Shown here piece after piece: positions 62,948 to 64,000 of a stretch of 64,000 bases of DNA. Positions within the stretch are counted from its first letter, which is position 1. Each line of letters begins with the position of its first letter. A program made the translations under genes and the position numbers. This DNA comes from Neodothiora populina (Eukaryota), in NCBI RefSeq assembly GCF_041146345.1, contig NW_027191413.1:1364001-1428000 (forward strand), given 5' to 3'. Below the pieces are notes generated by a model. The model was not told the DNA's origin. It did not search any database and saw nothing but the letters and a program-made list of their open reading frames with translations.

Positions 62948-64000
62948 TCATGTTTGGAAATCCCGTACGTCTTGCCGTAGGCCCTTGGTCCACTCGCCGC
63001 TGGTGCTATCGATCTGTGTCGGACTCACAGGATTGACGATGTCGTGACGGCTATCACTGTCCTTCGTAGTGCTGTTTTGAGAGGTAGTGCTGTTTCGAGA
63101 GATGTGTCCGTTGGCTGTGTGTGCATCGACAGACATGTCTGGCGAAATATTTCTTCGCTCAGCGAGTCTTTGTCTTTTCTCGTCGTCGCCTTCTGGCTGA
63201 TAGTTGTAGTCGTCGTTGCTGTGACTGTCTCTAGCAGGGGCATGGACTTCGTTTCCGGCATCGTCATTGTCGTCGTTCTCATCACAGACTATATCTTCGC
63301 ATCCAGTGGGAGTCCTGCAGACTTTGCGTGCCTCGAGGGGTACGGTACGCCATATGACCTCTTTAATCTCCTTGGCAACTTTCTCAATGGCGTCCATGGC
63401 CCAAATGACATCGAGGTGCTCGTAACCCTCGATGATCTTCTTGTGGACAACCTTGACGTGCGGCTCTCTGCCTCTATCAAAGCGTCGCAGCAGGCGTCTA
63501 CCGTCGACCAGGTCATCGTTACCGCACACCCATAGTGCTAGTGGGGGAAATTGCTCGTTATACCACGCGAATTGTCCTCTCTCTTCTTTCTTGTTAGACG
63601 GTACCTTCTCGATGTTGCCGCCCTCAGCGCCGATATCCCGATCTGGCGGCGGTCGTTCAGTGTCGGTTGTGTGGCCTTCGTAGTACTTTTGAACAACATG
63701 GTCTTCCTCTTCGTCTTCTTCGTCTTCCATCATCCATTCTTCACGCGTCGCTAAGATGCACTTCTGTTTGGCAAAGCACTCGCGTCCGAGCCACCAGCGC
63801 ATACTCTCGGCACTCACATACACCGGGGCAAATTGGAACATTCGGTCGCGAAGGCTGCGCTCCCAGCGCGTGTCCGTCCAATTGAACAGAAAGCTGAAGA
63901 CACGATAGCCCATGAAACCATAGATGCCAGCAGGGAGGATCTTATGCGCCTGCATCATCAGAGGTATGAAGGCGTGGATGCCAAAAATGCATCTGAACAT
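62948..64000 (-). CDS. Alpha/beta-hydrolase lipase / sterol esterase (Yeh-like), C-terminal part; 5' end lies beyond the window
   Basis: Motifs seen: FGIHAFIPLMM, FSFLFNWTDTRW, FQFAPVYVSAESMRWWL, GNDDLVDG (catalytic Asp) and YEHLDVIWA (catalytic His). Confidence 0.8.
   Translation of the reverse strand: MFRCIFGIHAFIPLMMQAHKILPAGIYGFMGYRVFSFLFNWTDTRWERSLRDRMFQFAPVYVSAESMRWWLGRECFAKQKCILATREEWMMEDEEDEEEDHVVQKYYEGHTTDTERPPPDRDIGAEGGNIEKVPSNKKEERGQFAWYNEQFPPLALWVCGNDDLVDGRRLLRRFDRGREPHVKVVHKKIIEGYEHLDVIWAMDAIEKVAKEIKEVIWRTVPLEARKVCRTPTGCEDIVCDENDDNDDAGNEVHAPARDSHSNDDYNYQPEGDDEKRQRLAERRNISPDMSVDAHTANGHISRNSTTSQNSTTKDSDSRHDIVNPVSPTQIDSTSGEWTKGLRQDVRDFQT

Overview
This is eukaryotic, intron-rich DNA from a filamentous ascomycete, probably a Dothideomycete. 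Most introns are short and GT-AG, with CTRAY-type branch sites. I reconstructed about 18 spliced protein-coding genes by hand: TeaC/Tea4 SH3 protein, rhomboid protease, LaeA-like methyltransferase, O-methyltransferase, ArsH, phospholipase D, LIM-RhoGAP Lrg1, Pta1, Coa3, complex I 17.8 kDa subunit, Dnm1, ATP synthase subunit e, dynein intermediate chain, a GPI-anchored Ser/Thr-rich protein, Pex6, kinesin-3, Trm5 and a partial lipase. Two further genes are interrupted: an SMP/LEA-repeat gene with an in-frame TAG, and a wax-synthase/MBOAT-like pseudogene. The most striking unexplained structure is a dispersed family of at least 8 intergenic elements of 160-340 bp. Each has degenerate terminal inverted repeats (about TACAAAGGAGCTCGTTTTTAGTCA; one copy lacks its right-hand TIR) around a degenerate 22-bp tandem array carrying a palindromic TCAnTGA core every 11 bp. 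Also notable are a 774-nt fully open in-frame intron (candidate exitron) in teaC, a GC-AG intron in DNM1 and a possible mitochondrial isoform of ArsH. All calls come from reading the sequence and recalling family motifs; no database searches were run.
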